Of a stretch of DNA of 64,000 bases, positions 9,327 through 19,430 are shown piece after piece (within the stretch, counting starts at the first letter, position 1; each line of letters opens with the position of its first letter). Source of the DNA: a virus. The notes under the pieces are model-generated. The model ran no database searches. It was not told the DNA's origin and was given only the letters and a program-made list of their open reading frames with translations. The DNA is taken from positions 32,001 through 96,000 of the IMG/VR virus record IMGVR_UViG_3300033149_001257; one strand, 5' to 3'. A program made the translations under genes and the position numbers.

Positions 9327-10242
9327 TGAGCCCCTCCTGTATCAATCTATCCCACTGTCCTATCTTTGCCTCCCATGACCAATTTTTCTTAATGTTTTTC
9401 GCCATAAGATTCCCCATGGTTTTACATTTTTCTTTACTGAGCTTCTTGAATGCCGAAACAATTGATGGCACATCCCTGTTTATAAGAAATCCCGTGATAC
9501 CATCTTGTATAATGTCCTCAGCAGCGCCAACCTTCGTTGCTATGATTGGTATTCCACATGCGGCCGCCTCAAGTATCGTGAGTGAACACCCCTCGCTCTC
9601 GCTTGCATTTATGTAGCAATCCAGGGAATTGTAAAAATCCGGCATTAGTCCATGGTACACCGGCTCCCTATCAGCATCAAGCATCTTAAACTCTATGGTG
9701 CTATCACAAATACAAGCAGCTTCTGCTATTAAGTCAAGCCCCCGGAAGGCGGATTGTCGGCCGCGGCCAGACCAACCCAGTACTATCCGGGGGTTTTTAT
9801 TGTTTATGTTCATCGGGTTGAATACCATCGTATCAACCCCATTTTCTGTTAATACCAAATTATTTATATCGTTATGGAATCTTGAATATAATGTTCTATT
9901 TATTATGCCCGTGGCACAATATGTTCTGGCTATATATTTTGTTGCCGACGCTACACTTCGGCAATCATTGATTGTCCTTATACTGTGAATCACCCCAACA
10001 TGTTTATCTATTGGTATATTATCTATTGGTTTGAGTATTACGTTGTTTTTTGGGTCGGTATATTTCCACCCCATACTTAATACTAAATCATGGTTTTCGT
10101 GTTTAGTCTCACTTAATTGCGAAGGTGTTTTCTTGTCAAACTTATATTTATGTTTCAATAATCTTATAATGTTATTGGCTATCACGTCATATGCCCACCC
10201 TATCCTATCCACAACTATTAATACTCTCGGCCTACCATCCAT
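9319..10242 (-). CDS. GT4 (GT-B) glycosyltransferase
   Basis: SESEGCSLTILEAAACGIPIIAT (E-x7-E) motif. Confidence 0.88.
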   Translation of the reverse strand: MDGRPRVLIVVDRIGWAYDVIANNIIRLLKHKYKFDKKTPSQLSETKHENHDLVLSMGWKYTDPKNNVILKPIDNIPIDKHVGVIHSIRTINDCRSVASATKYIARTYCATGIINRTLYSRFHNDINNLVLTENGVDTMVFNPMNINNKNPRIVLGWSGRGRQSAFRGLDLIAEAACICDSTIEFKMLDADREPVYHGLMPDFYNSLDCYINASESEGCSLTILEAAACGIPIIATKVGAAEDIIQDGITGFLINRDVPSIVSAFKKLSKEKCKTMGNLMAKNIKKNWSWEAKIGQWDRLIQEGLNG

Positions 10243-11122
10243 TTTTCGCTCCAAACCTTAAATTGTAGTATGGGTGCTTTTTCATTATATCGGGATGTTC
10301 ACCCTTGAAATGTTTTATTTTCATATCTTTATAGAATTTATTTTTGTGGATACCCTTTCCAAACCATGTGGACATCCAGTTTGTCATGTCATGCCGGAGC
10401 CCTTTAGCCATTAATTCCTTACGCCTGGCCCTGTCTACTGTAAAAGGAGTATTCTTGTCATATATGTGTGAGTAATGATAATACATTGCCTGTGTGGGTT
10501 GTAGTATCCTGCACCATGCGTTATACTCATCCAGGGAACAGTTAATACATGAAGTATATGGACCGTGTGGGACCTGGCCGGGTGGATGACTATTAGCATA
10601 TTTCGGATTTTTATATAGTGCGTTCCGCAAACCATGGAGCCTGCTCCCGGGCAACTTCTTTATCATTATGGCACCACTGCTATCAGCATAGTGCCAGAAA
10701 TCTCCGAAGAACCTAATTGCGTATACTATGACGTGCCTTACCTCTGGTTCCCTCACTATCAAATCAAATATATATTTTAAATCCTTAGGTTTATAAATTT
10801 CATCCGCGTCGACGACGAAACAGTAATCACCGGAAGCTTCATCGTACATATATCTACGTTTCACACCTTCCTTTTTCCATTTACCATATTTCAGGTTTAT
10901 TTTTTTATCTGTACGAGCAAGTTTCTTTAAATATTGAAACGTACCGTCGTCAGAAACGCCATTGTCTCCGTGAGTAATAGCACCCTTAGAATTGAAAGCA
11001 TCAATAATCCCATCGCATACTAGTATCTCATCTACCCATGGATGTATGGCATCTATGGAATATTTTATATAATTTATCTCGTTGAATACAGACATTAATG
11101 CTGTTACGCGTGGCTTTTTCAA
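10232..11122 (-). CDS. GT2 (GT-A) glycosyltransferase
   Basis: MSVFNE, SDDGT, VDADE (DxD). Confidence 0.85.
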   Translation of the reverse strand: MKKPRVTALMSVFNEINYIKYSIDAIHPWVDEILVCDGIIDAFNSKGAITHGDNGVSDDGTFQYLKKLARTDKKINLKYGKWKKEGVKRRYMYDEASGDYCFVVDADEIYKPKDLKYIFDLIVREPEVRHVIVYAIRFFGDFWHYADSSGAIMIKKLPGSRLHGLRNALYKNPKYANSHPPGQVPHGPYTSCINCSLDEYNAWCRILQPTQAMYYHYSHIYDKNTPFTVDRARRKELMAKGLRHDMTNWMSTWFGKGIHKNKFYKDMKIKHFKGEHPDIMKKHPYYNLRFGAKNGW

Positions 11123-11703
11123 AACTTAATATTACCTTTCTTCTTTAAGAAGTAGCTGGTAAATATGGTGCCGCCAACAGGGGGTGGCCCAGCCTCAGCT
11201 TTTTCCATTTTGAAATTCGTTTTGTTGAACAATTGTTTCATCTGGTCGCTATAAAATAAACTGTAATGATAATCTTCGTTCTGCCATTGGCGCACGTCGG
11301 GGACCACGATTAAACAGAACCCACCATCTTTCAGTAGTCTATTGAATTCACATAAAACCACGTAGGGGGCCAAGGAATGCTCAAATGAGTCCTTGCTATT
11401 TATGGCATCGAACGACGAATCTCCAAACGGAATTTCGTGCATATCGCCGTATCTTATGGGATGGTCTTTACCATACCTGGCCTTACCAACGCTCACTTCT
11501 TTTTGGGTTATGGTTATCCCCTGAGCATCAATACCTTTACCGCGGAGCCAGTTTACGAGAAGGCCCGTACCGCACCCGACATCAAGTACCTTCTTATATT
11601 TAAGCATTTCCTTGCCATAAAATTTCATATTATCTTCTTGCTCGCTGGCAGCGAACGGCTCATTCGGGATTCTTAAATATTTCAACCATTTTTTGTGATC
11701 CAT
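11119..11703 (-). CDS. class I SAM methyltransferase (Methyltransf_11-like)
   Basis: VLDVGCGTG, GDMHEIPFGDSSFD, SFEH, RLLKDGG. Confidence 0.88.
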   Translation of the reverse strand: MDHKKWLKYLRIPNEPFAASEQEDNMKFYGKEMLKYKKVLDVGCGTGLLVNWLRGKGIDAQGITITQKEVSVGKARYGKDHPIRYGDMHEIPFGDSSFDAINSKDSFEHSLAPYVVLCEFNRLLKDGGFCLIVVPDVRQWQNEDYHYSLFYSDQMKQLFNKTNFKMEKAEAGPPPVGGTIFTSYFLKKKGNIKF

Positions 11704-11705
11704 TT

Positions 11706-12437
11706 TTAAGCTCCTTTTCCAGTAGAATCTGTTCCCCTTGGGAAACATGACGACGGGTGGCAGTGTACACCATGCGCGCCAATGTGGTCCACTAAACTGG
11801 GATTTTTCATATAAACCAGCGCGTGCTCAAATCCTCTTTTAAATAATCTTGTACGGTACGAACCGTCGTCGATATGTGGCGATGTCCATATCTTGGGAAA
11901 GTTCTTCGTGGGCTCCAATTCATCCCACCCACCGGCTTCCAACACATCCATGGACATTATCCAACCCAGTCCACCTATCCAGTTACTCCATGCGTACTTC
12001 TTGCCCTCAAACTCATACTTTGTACCAGTATGGACTTTCTCTCCACGATTAAAACCTGTCATTATAGATATGGGGCGCTTGCCGGTCCAGTTCTTTTTAA
12101 GTGTTTCGTAGGCCGAAATCATTTCGCCGAGCCAGCCCTTTACTACGGTACAGTCATTATCAAGCATTACTGCATATTTACATCCGGATTTGTAGGCATG
12201 ATACCTCTTTAGCGCAAATGAATGCTGCCGGCCGGTACGAGTTTTCTTGAGTATCAACTTAATTTTACCCTTACTCTCAAGGTCCTGTAAGTATGGAATG
12301 GTGCCATCCGTAGACATGTCATCCACTACGACAATTTTATACCCTACTACAGTATTGTCAAATATTGAATTCAGGGTACGCTTCGTATAATTTAGTCTGT
12401 TGTAAGTATGCACGCATATTACATTGTCATTTTTCAT
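11706..12437 (-). CDS. GT2 glycosyltransferase
   Basis: HTYNR, VDDMSTDGT, LDNDC, HIG. Confidence 0.85.
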   Translation of the reverse strand: MKNDNVICVHTYNRLNYTKRTLNSIFDNTVVGYKIVVVDDMSTDGTIPYLQDLESKGKIKLILKKTRTGRQHSFALKRYHAYKSGCKYAVMLDNDCTVVKGWLGEMISAYETLKKNWTGKRPISIMTGFNRGEKVHTGTKYEFEGKKYAWSNWIGGLGWIMSMDVLEAGGWDELEPTKNFPKIWTSPHIDDGSYRTRLFKRGFEHALVYMKNPSLVDHIGAHGVHCHPSSCFPRGTDSTGKGA

Positions 12438-12464
12438 ACAATTTTTTGTATGGAAATATACAAT

Positions 12465-13562
12465 TTATTGTATACCCCAAACTCCTTTCAATCGGATTAA
12501 TTCGTCCTTTATGTTCTTTGTCAGATTGTACCGGTCATATACCGCCCTTTGTCCGGTGGCAGCTACTCTTTCGCGTAATGCGTCGTTTCTTGCGAATTGC
12601 AATATCTTATTTTCCATATCGTCAAGGCTGTCCCAGAACACTGCTTCACTACCGTGCTTAAATATATCGGGGCATCCCTTTTCCTTATATGTCAAGAGAA
12701 GGCTCTTGCATCCCATCATCTGGAACGTCTTTGCATCAAAATACTTATCCGCAGGAACCCCATCCCAGTTCCGGGTATTTACGCATATCTTAGTATTGGA
12801 ATATATCTTCCATATCTCATGCTCGTTTACCCAGGGTTGTAGATATTTTACGGTACGGCTGTCGTTATCTGATACACCCCACCTTGTTCCTGGATTACCA
12901 CCCCACAGTTTATAGGTTAATCCAGTTCTCTCTGCTATGTCCATGAGCCTTGTGTTGACCTCTGCGCGGTTAGGACTTCCTATGGCATCCCATGTACCGG
13001 CAAAACATATATCAGCCTTATAATAATCTCTTTCTTCCGGTGTCATTTTATCTTTATTCGTTTCGTTATGGTGGTTAGGATTACACCCCGGATAGAATAA
13101 TACGGATTCTTTTATCCCGAGTTTATCTCTATAATAATTCTGGCTACTCTCAGCGCATGTCCATACCACATCAAAATACTTGCATTTCTCTACAATATCA
13201 CATCTGTTATTAAATACCCAGCCGGGGTCATCGTATATCCAGAATATCACATGCTTGACCTTCTCTCTTATCTTTTTAATTGTTTCGGTAAATGTGAAAT
13301 CTGCCTTAAATATTATAATCACGTCCGGCTTGTATCGGTCAATGGTATCAAGCGTGTCCTTCTGCATCATGTCAATTGCTTTCAATCTGGCCTTCGTGGG
13401 GTCCATCTTGGTTTTCCTTACAATGGCATCTCGTATATTCTTAACCACTGTCCTGGGTGCATAATACAAATAATCAAATCCAGCAGCATTTACTCCCTCT
13501 TCTACGCTTTCCCAGAAGGGGCCACCTGTAAGACTAAACCCTATGTTCATTAATTTCATCAT
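12465..13562 (-). CDS. CgeB-like glycosyltransferase (GT-B, Glyco_trans_1_2 type)
   Basis: WIYDDP, DICFAGT, IYSNTKICVN, KTFQMMGC, R..A..GQ C-terminal pattern. Confidence 0.8.
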   Translation of the reverse strand: MMKLMNIGFSLTGGPFWESVEEGVNAAGFDYLYYAPRTVVKNIRDAIVRKTKMDPTKARLKAIDMMQKDTLDTIDRYKPDVIIIFKADFTFTETIKKIREKVKHVIFWIYDDPGWVFNNRCDIVEKCKYFDVVWTCAESSQNYYRDKLGIKESVLFYPGCNPNHHNETNKDKMTPEERDYYKADICFAGTWDAIGSPNRAEVNTRLMDIAERTGLTYKLWGGNPGTRWGVSDNDSRTVKYLQPWVNEHEIWKIYSNTKICVNTRNWDGVPADKYFDAKTFQMMGCKSLLLTYKEKGCPDIFKHGSEAVFWDSLDDMENKILQFARNDALRERVAATGQRAVYDRYNLTKNIKDELIRLKGVWGIQ

Positions 13563-14068
13563 GCTTTAATCCCTTCGAGATTCAAAGAAAATATGGAATT
13601 AGAGGCATCGTCTGGGGTGCCCCTAAACGACTTAAAATCTTTAATGCCGAGCGGTTGCAGGTAAGCTATTAATCTTATTTTATCAAATCCGTTCCTATGG
13701 AAAGACCCCGGCTCGTTATCGCGCTGATTACCATATATGTAACTTATCGCATTCCCTATGTTAAGTTTTCTGCATGTCAGGAAAGCGCAAATCATATCAA
13801 GGTTTGGTACGCATACCTTGAGAATTCCGCCGCGCTTTAAAACCCTTATCCAACCTTTTAATACCGGGCTACATTCAGCAGATGACATATGCTCTAAAAG
13901 ATGAGATGCGTAAACAAGGTCAAATTCGCCATCTTTAAATGTTAGTTTTCTTGCATCCATTTTAGTTACGGCCCCATTGGTGGGAACGCAGTCTATGTGT
14001 GTCCATGTAATATTCTTATCTGACTTCTTGACATTCCCCCCGCATCCTACGTTGAGAGCCTTAATCAT
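13559..14068 (-). CDS. SAM methyltransferase-domain protein
   Basis: LNVGCGG, YASHLLEH, RVLKRGG, VPN; GGAGG RBS before ATG 14068. Confidence 0.82.
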   Translation of the reverse strand: MIKALNVGCGGNVKKSDKNITWTHIDCVPTNGAVTKMDARKLTFKDGEFDLVYASHLLEHMSSAECSPVLKGWIRVLKRGGILKVCVPNLDMICAFLTCRKLNIGNAISYIYGNQRDNEPGSFHRNGFDKIRLIAYLQPLGIKDFKSFRGTPDDASNSIFSLNLEGIKA

Positions 14069-14880
14069 TTCACTTCCTCCAATCCATAGTATGGGTGTTT
14101 CTTCATTACTTCTGGGAGTTTGCCAGTGAATGGCTTCACCACCCCTCCAGAATTGGTCCATTGAGTATCTTGGCCAGGTCGCCATTCTGTATAAGTATTT
14201 TTTACGGTCTGCCCACGCCGTTCATAGTATTTCAGCTTACCCAAAACATTCTCAAATTTCTTTGCCGGTCCGAAGTGATAGCAATTAATTCCGGTGTTTA
14301 CTGCATGTGCCTTATAGAATGGGTCTGAGAGCCACACCTTATGTCCATTCTTGTCCGTTAGATAGGAATGGTGGTGTCTGTGTTTAAGATTCATGCTCGG
14401 GTCTATTCTGGCGCATCTAAATAGTTGCATGTTCCATGCCGACCCCACGGTTATCTGGCGAAAGTTTTTCCACATATGGATGTGATTTACAAGAAAAATG
14501 ATGGCCTCTGGGTCGTTATCTGCAAGTTCTGAGAGCGCATATAAATCCTTGAGATGGTATATCTCGTCAGCATCTATGAATAGGAGCAATTCCCCTTTCA
14601 TCATTTCAAGGCATTTATCGCGCATTTGTATTTTGTCGTTCCAGAAACCGTCTTTCTTGAATACGTGCACCTTGCTATGTTTTTTTTCAAGGTCAGTTAT
14701 AATCTGAACCGTATTGTCTTTTGAGTGCCCACTACTGTTCGCCATATGAGAGGCGTTCTTTACCGCGCCCTCAACTATATTAATGTCGGTTACGCATGAA
14801 CACTTTAATGGAGCGTCCATCGCGTACTCTAAGTACTCTGCTTCATTCAGACAAATTACGCAGACGCTTATCGATGCCAT
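14065..14880 (-). CDS. GT2 glycosyltransferase
   Basis: ICLNE, SKDNT, IDADE, HFG; similar to 10232-11122 incl. C-terminal MKKHPYY. Confidence 0.83.
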   Translation of the reverse strand: MASISVCVICLNEAEYLEYAMDAPLKCSCVTDINIVEGAVKNASHMANSSGHSKDNTVQIITDLEKKHSKVHVFKKDGFWNDKIQMRDKCLEMMKGELLLFIDADEIYHLKDLYALSELADNDPEAIIFLVNHIHMWKNFRQITVGSAWNMQLFRCARIDPSMNLKHRHHHSYLTDKNGHKVWLSDPFYKAHAVNTGINCYHFGPAKKFENVLGKLKYYERRGQTVKNTYTEWRPGQDTQWTNSGGVVKPFTGKLPEVMKKHPYYGLEEVK

Positions 14881-16285
14881 TCGGAATTACCCTTTCTATT
14901 ATTTTTCTCAAATTATCACAGTATGCCTGGAATGTCATAATACCCTCAATGTATTCTTTACCCTGCTTACCACGTTGCGTTCTATACGTTTTATTAGTCA
15001 GTACCTTATTTAATTTTACCCCGAGGTCGTCAGCGCCTTTCTTGAAATCGGCATACTCTAAAAAGTCTTTATATTCCTCCCTGAAAAATGGAGTATCGTA
15101 GCATATACATGGTTTTTCACAATATAGGGCCTCTGCTGGAAACATTCCAAATCCTTCCATTGTTGACGGAAAAATTGCAGCCTTGGATCTTTTTATAATC
15201 CTAAACTTTTCAAGGTCGTCTACGTTCATGTGGAATTCCATGGAAATGTTTGTGCCCTTAGCGAGGTCCTGATACATCTTTTTTCTGTCCTCACCAATTG
15301 GATTACAAATAAAATTAATCTTTGGGGGATTAGGGATGTTCCTTAAACACGTGATTACATGTTCGGGGTGTTTATGAGCAACCAGTCTTGATACGAAAAC
15401 TATTTCATGCTGTTCTGTTTGTTCCGGTACGAGGTCTGCCACTTTATCGTTAATGAATGGATATAGCGCAGATATGTTTTCGGGTTTGTATGTATTACCA
15501 AGCCACCGTCCTGTATAATCTTTACATAGTTCATTCAGGCTCAGTACGTGTGTTGCTATTGATAGTGCTTTTTTGTATTTATCCCAGTACTCGTCAGTCG
15601 AGTCTGTTCCTTCGCGGAATAGTCTGGTATAGTTGGGGGATTCAAATATGAGTAGGGCCGAGGGAACATTCATGTTCTTCCCACTCATGGCGGCCTTTAC
15701 TCCCCCCTCTCTTGGTATGCCAACGAATAAATCAAACATATTTTCTGGCATATCAAAATCAAGGTAGAGGTTATTCATTATTCTTATTCTGTCATGGTGT
15801 GGATAATTCTTAAAGTCCATGGCAAAAGTGGGCTTAATGTTGGTACATACGGTTACATCAAATCCTATGTTAGCTAAGGCATATATCATTCCCCACGCAT
15901 AATACCTGCCACCACTATAATGAGTAGCTATGTTCTCCATAAAGAACGCCACCTGTGGTCTTTTAGACATCGGGCCCTTTATGGCGAATGGTAGCATCTC
16001 TGCCGGTAAGTGGTGTTTTACTACCTCAAATATTCCAGGGGATACGTTTATTTTTTCATATACCACGTTCCTGCCTATTTCTACCCCTATCACACTATCG
16101 TCTATCTTTTTAATCCTTCCATGCGCAACCCATGATTGTACGCTGGGATCACATAAGTCAATACCTTTAAGTATAAGTATTTCCCCCACCTCTGCGGCCT
16201 GACCTTTGAATAATAGTTGCTTTTTGTCAATGCCTACGTTCAGGTATTTACCCGATACTAACGAGTGCCTTTTGTAGTGAGCCAT
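14843..16285 (-). CDS. GT4 glycosyltransferase with N-terminal extension
   Basis: YSGGRY, SRLVAHK, PSTMEGFGMFPAEA. Confidence 0.85.
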   Translation of the reverse strand: MAHYKRHSLVSGKYLNVGIDKKQLLFKGQAAEVGEILILKGIDLCDPSVQSWVAHGRIKKIDDSVIGVEIGRNVVYEKINVSPGIFEVVKHHLPAEMLPFAIKGPMSKRPQVAFFMENIATHYSGGRYYAWGMIYALANIGFDVTVCTNIKPTFAMDFKNYPHHDRIRIMNNLYLDFDMPENMFDLFVGIPREGGVKAAMSGKNMNVPSALLIFESPNYTRLFREGTDSTDEYWDKYKKALSIATHVLSLNELCKDYTGRWLGNTYKPENISALYPFINDKVADLVPEQTEQHEIVFVSRLVAHKHPEHVITCLRNIPNPPKINFICNPIGEDRKKMYQDLAKGTNISMEFHMNVDDLEKFRIIKRSKAAIFPSTMEGFGMFPAEALYCEKPCICYDTPFFREEYKDFLEYADFKKGADDLGVKLNKVLTNKTYRTQRGKQGKEYIEGIMTFQAYCDNLRKIIERVIPNGIDKRLRNLSE

Positions 16286-17367
16286 ATTTTATCTAACCTC
16301 TCAAGGTATTTTTTACTTACCAATTCTATGTCAAACTTGTTTTTTATTGTAGTTCTTGCCCTCTTCCCTTTTCTTTCAAGCATTTCTCTATCAGATACTA
16401 TGTTCTGCAGCGCATATATTAAGGAACCCATCTGCGGATTCTGGAATTTAAGTCCTTTATAGTGAGTGCTCATAGACCCATACTGTGGGTATTTCGTTGT
16501 GAGTTCTCCACATTCTATGATATATCCATTCTCTTTGTTACAGAAATCTGCCATGGCCGAACGCTCAGGAACTATGATGGGTTTCCCACACGACATACAT
16601 TCAGCAGCCGGTAGATTAAATCCATCTCCAAGTGATGGGAATAGCCCTATATCACAGTCTGTATAAACCCCGGGGAGTGAGTTTTCCTCAAACCTTACGG
16701 TAGTGAATACGATATTAGGCAACTCTTTATCTCCGAGTTTATTTCTGGCCCCATTTATCATATCAACGATATTCTTTTTATCGGTATAGTATGTCGCAAG
16801 CATAAGAGTAGCCTGGTGTTTATCAAACGCTCTCAGGAAAGCATTTATGGCTAAGTGGAACCCCTTGCGAGAGCACCAACGCCCAAGCATTAATATCCTA
16901 AGTCCTTCGGGATTCATAAAATTCATGGGTTTATGTGTGGGATTGAACGTCCCGGTATCTATACCAAGTGGCATTACGTATATTTTGTCCTCGGGATATA
17001 TGCGGCTAAACACTTCTTTGTTAATTTCGGAGGGTACCCATAGTTCATCAAAAGCATTGAGTTTATCGGTGAAACTCTCCGGTAATTGCATGGCCTCAAA
17101 CATAGTATATGCTATATTATATCTTGAATTGTCTGGTATTTCCAGTAGGAACGGTGGGCCTATGCCAATAAAAATAGGCCTCTCAACTGTATTCTTGAGA
17201 AGCCTATGTATCGTATCTCTTTTTTCTATTTTCTCGTCTGTATTCTCTGCATTTGTTGATACTATTTTCACATTAGCTTTAAGGCTATCAAGCCCTGTCG
17301 CTATGTTCCGTAGTGCCGTTGCGAAACCTGTAAACCCCCATGCTTGTCCGCGTATCTCAATATCCAT
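16258..17367 (-). CDS. GT4 glycosyltransferase
   Basis: TGFATA, TMFE, DELWVPS, RKG, PSLGDGFNLPAAECMSCGKP. Confidence 0.87.
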   Translation of the reverse strand: MDIEIRGQAWGFTGFATALRNIATGLDSLKANVKIVSTNAENTDEKIEKRDTIHRLLKNTVERPIFIGIGPPFLLEIPDNSRYNIAYTMFEAMQLPESFTDKLNAFDELWVPSEINKEVFSRIYPEDKIYVMPLGIDTGTFNPTHKPMNFMNPEGLRILMLGRWCSRKGFHLAINAFLRAFDKHQATLMLATYYTDKKNIVDMINGARNKLGDKELPNIVFTTVRFEENSLPGVYTDCDIGLFPSLGDGFNLPAAECMSCGKPIIVPERSAMADFCNKENGYIIECGELTTKYPQYGSMSTHYKGLKFQNPQMGSLIYALQNIVSDREMLERKGKRARTTIKNKFDIELVSKKYLERLDKIWLTTKGTR

Positions 17368-17385
17368 GCCGAATGCCTTTCAGTC

Positions 17386-17664
17386 TTATTTTATGGTATT
17401 CTTTATTTGCTGAATACCATCTTTTATTGCATTATGCACAACTTCATATAGACCGGATGCTATTGCCGCTGACCATAATCCAAGAATTATGGCTGAGTAC
17501 ACATTGTCTACCATGCCCTGTAGGTGGAAAAATAATCCAACTCCCACTCCCGAACCAAAAGATACTATAATCTTCCATGTCTTATTAAGTCCCGGAACTA
17601 TACCCTTTATCATTTCTACGATAAGGTTGATACTTGCTACCATTTTAATTATAGTTGCTTCCAT
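17386..17664 (-). CDS. probable holin
   Basis: 92 aa, 2-3 TM segments, ASGLYE motif, basic C-terminus, near endolysin. Confidence 0.7.
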   Translation of the reverse strand: MEATIIKMVASINLIVEMIKGIVPGLNKTWKIIVSFGSGVGVGLFFHLQGMVDNVYSAIILGLWSAAIASGLYEVVHNAIKDGIQQIKNTIK

Positions 17665-17712
17665 GTTAATCCTCCTTACAAACTTTTACCTTCTGAGTCT
17701 ATTTTCATTATT

Positions 17713-18084
17713 TTATATGTCAAGTAAAACGCCTATGGAAATTCCCGCGCGCCATACTTTTCCAATAAAATCACGCGCACAAAATACGCCCATTTTAACC
17801 TTGTCGTCCATGGCCCACTTCCAGTTAAGTTTGTTTGAAAGTTCTCTGAGGTCTAAATTTATTGAAATGAGATAGGAGATTGAAGACATTTCGGTTATTA
17901 GTCCGGCATCTAAAGATACAACCTTATTGAAGTTTACTACCGATATGGTACCGCCCACCAAAAGCGTATCCGTGCACGCATCATAAAATGTTGATGCAGT
18001 CAAATCTCCACTTTCCGCAAATGCTATTCCTCCCCATCCACCCAAAACCAAAACCAGCGCCATTACCAAAAACAATTTCTTCAT
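17713..18084 (-). CDS. secreted beta-rich protein in lysis cassette
   Basis: Sec signal MKKLFLVMALVLVLGGWGGIAFA; amphipathic beta strands; AGGAGG upstream. Confidence 0.6.
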   Translation of the reverse strand: MKKLFLVMALVLVLGGWGGIAFAESGDLTASTFYDACTDTLLVGGTISVVNFNKVVSLDAGLITEMSSISYLISINLDLRELSNKLNWKWAMDDKVKMGVFCARDFIGKVWRAGISIGVLLDI

Positions 18085-18193
18085 CTTCACCCTTGCCTCC
18101 TTTACCTTCTTTTTGTACTTCTTTTTCATCTTTCTAATTGTAACACATAAGCCGATAGAAATCAAGCATTTCCTGATATTTGTTGGGATTTTT

Positions 18194-18451
18194 TTACTTC
18201 CCCAGTGCAGAGATATTAATTCTATCAACGCTTTTCTGGACTTCTTTAATCCTTTTTTGGTTGTCTTTTTCCACATAAAATGCCGCTTCCATATAGCCCA
18301 TCGTCCCTCGATGATATGAGTTAGATAGTTCTATTTTAATTTCGTTACAGAATATCCTGTGCTCAAATTTATTTAGATTCGTGGATATTAAAAGCCATGC
18401 TATTATAGCTACCAATATCACGATGAGATAATCTTTTATTTTACTTGGCAA
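18194..18451 (-). CDS. N-terminally anchored membrane protein (i-spanin-like)
   Basis: single N-terminal TM followed by helical region, directly after endolysin. Confidence 0.45.
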   Translation of the reverse strand: MPSKIKDYLIVILVAIIAWLLISTNLNKFEHRIFCNEIKIELSNSYHRGTMGYMEAAFYVEKDNQKRIKEVQKSVDRINISALGK

Positions 18452-18848
18452 TTAAACCCTCCCACTGAAAATGAGATGGGTCACGCTTGTATAGTCTATC
18501 TCCCCAGGATAGCCACTCTCCGCCCCAGCCTATCTTATACCCATACCACATCTTTGCAACAAATGGTATCATGTACCCTAATACATAGGCCTCTTTCTCG
18601 TATTTTTTGTATTTCCAGGACCAATCCGGAACTCTCAATACAAAATCTATGGCCTCGCCTTTAAGGTGCTTACTTTTTAACGTCCTGCCGTATCCAAGCA
18701 TTACGATTTCTTTCTGTCGCTCTAATGTCCGGCGCGTTTCAAATATACCAAAAGGTAGGCCATATGCTTTTATTACCACATTGCCTATCCTCGCCACGTT
18801 CTGCATCTCCGGCGTTAAACTACTTGTGCTGTTGATTCTTTTTGACAT
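18441..18848 (-). CDS. endolysin, M15 family (L-Ala-D-Glu) peptidase
   Basis: RTLERQ, SKHLKGEAIDF, WGGEW, DPSHFQ. Confidence 0.88.
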   Translation of the reverse strand: MSKRINSTSSLTPEMQNVARIGNVVIKAYGLPFGIFETRRTLERQKEIVMLGYGRTLKSKHLKGEAIDFVLRVPDWSWKYKKYEKEAYVLGYMIPFVAKMWYGYKIGWGGEWLSWGDRLYKRDPSHFQWEGLIAK

Positions 18849-19062
18849 CTCGCCACGTCCTTTTCAGTTTATTTAGTTGGTCCCGGGATGCGTCAACAAA
18901 CATCTCCAGGTTCTCTTGCGTTATTTCCAAGTCCTTCAAAAAGTGGTTCATCGCTTTAATCTGTTCTCTCGTCATCGGCATCCACCTCTTTTTTTCTAAT
19001 CCTCACCTTTTTTAGAATTGCCAATACCGCGGTTATTAAAAACTTAATTAAAGTCTTACTCA

Positions 19063-19368
19063 TTACTGTATAAACAGTTGAAAATTAACTGCCACCTCGT
19101 TTGACCTTATGTATACCTTCGTTACGTCATCACAGGGGTCAGAGAAATCCTGTCCACCATATAGCCTGCCCGCTACTGTAGTGCCTGCGTTAATTGACCA
19201 TTCAAGCCAGAGAGCGGAATCTGATTCGGCATTCACAAATACCAGCGATTTGGCATCAAAGTCAATGTTTATTTCTATCCACGTTGTTCCATCTCCCACT
19301 GTTCTATGCGCCGTGTTTCTTTGGTCCGTATACATTCTGTTTTTCGTTCCTTTGGTCACGTGCTCCAT
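19063..19368 (-). CDS. small beta-rich hypothetical (virion-type) protein
   Basis: GGAGG RBS; position in tail cluster. Confidence 0.65.
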   Translation of the reverse strand: MEHVTKGTKNRMYTDQRNTAHRTVGDGTTWIEINIDFDAKSLVFVNAESDSALWLEWSINAGTTVAGRLYGGQDFSDPCDDVTKVYIRSNEVAVNFQLFIQ

Positions 19369-19430
19369 TTTTACTTCCTCCTTTTTATAGAATTACTCTA
19401 AAAACTATCCGTCTTTAGCCACCATCAGTG

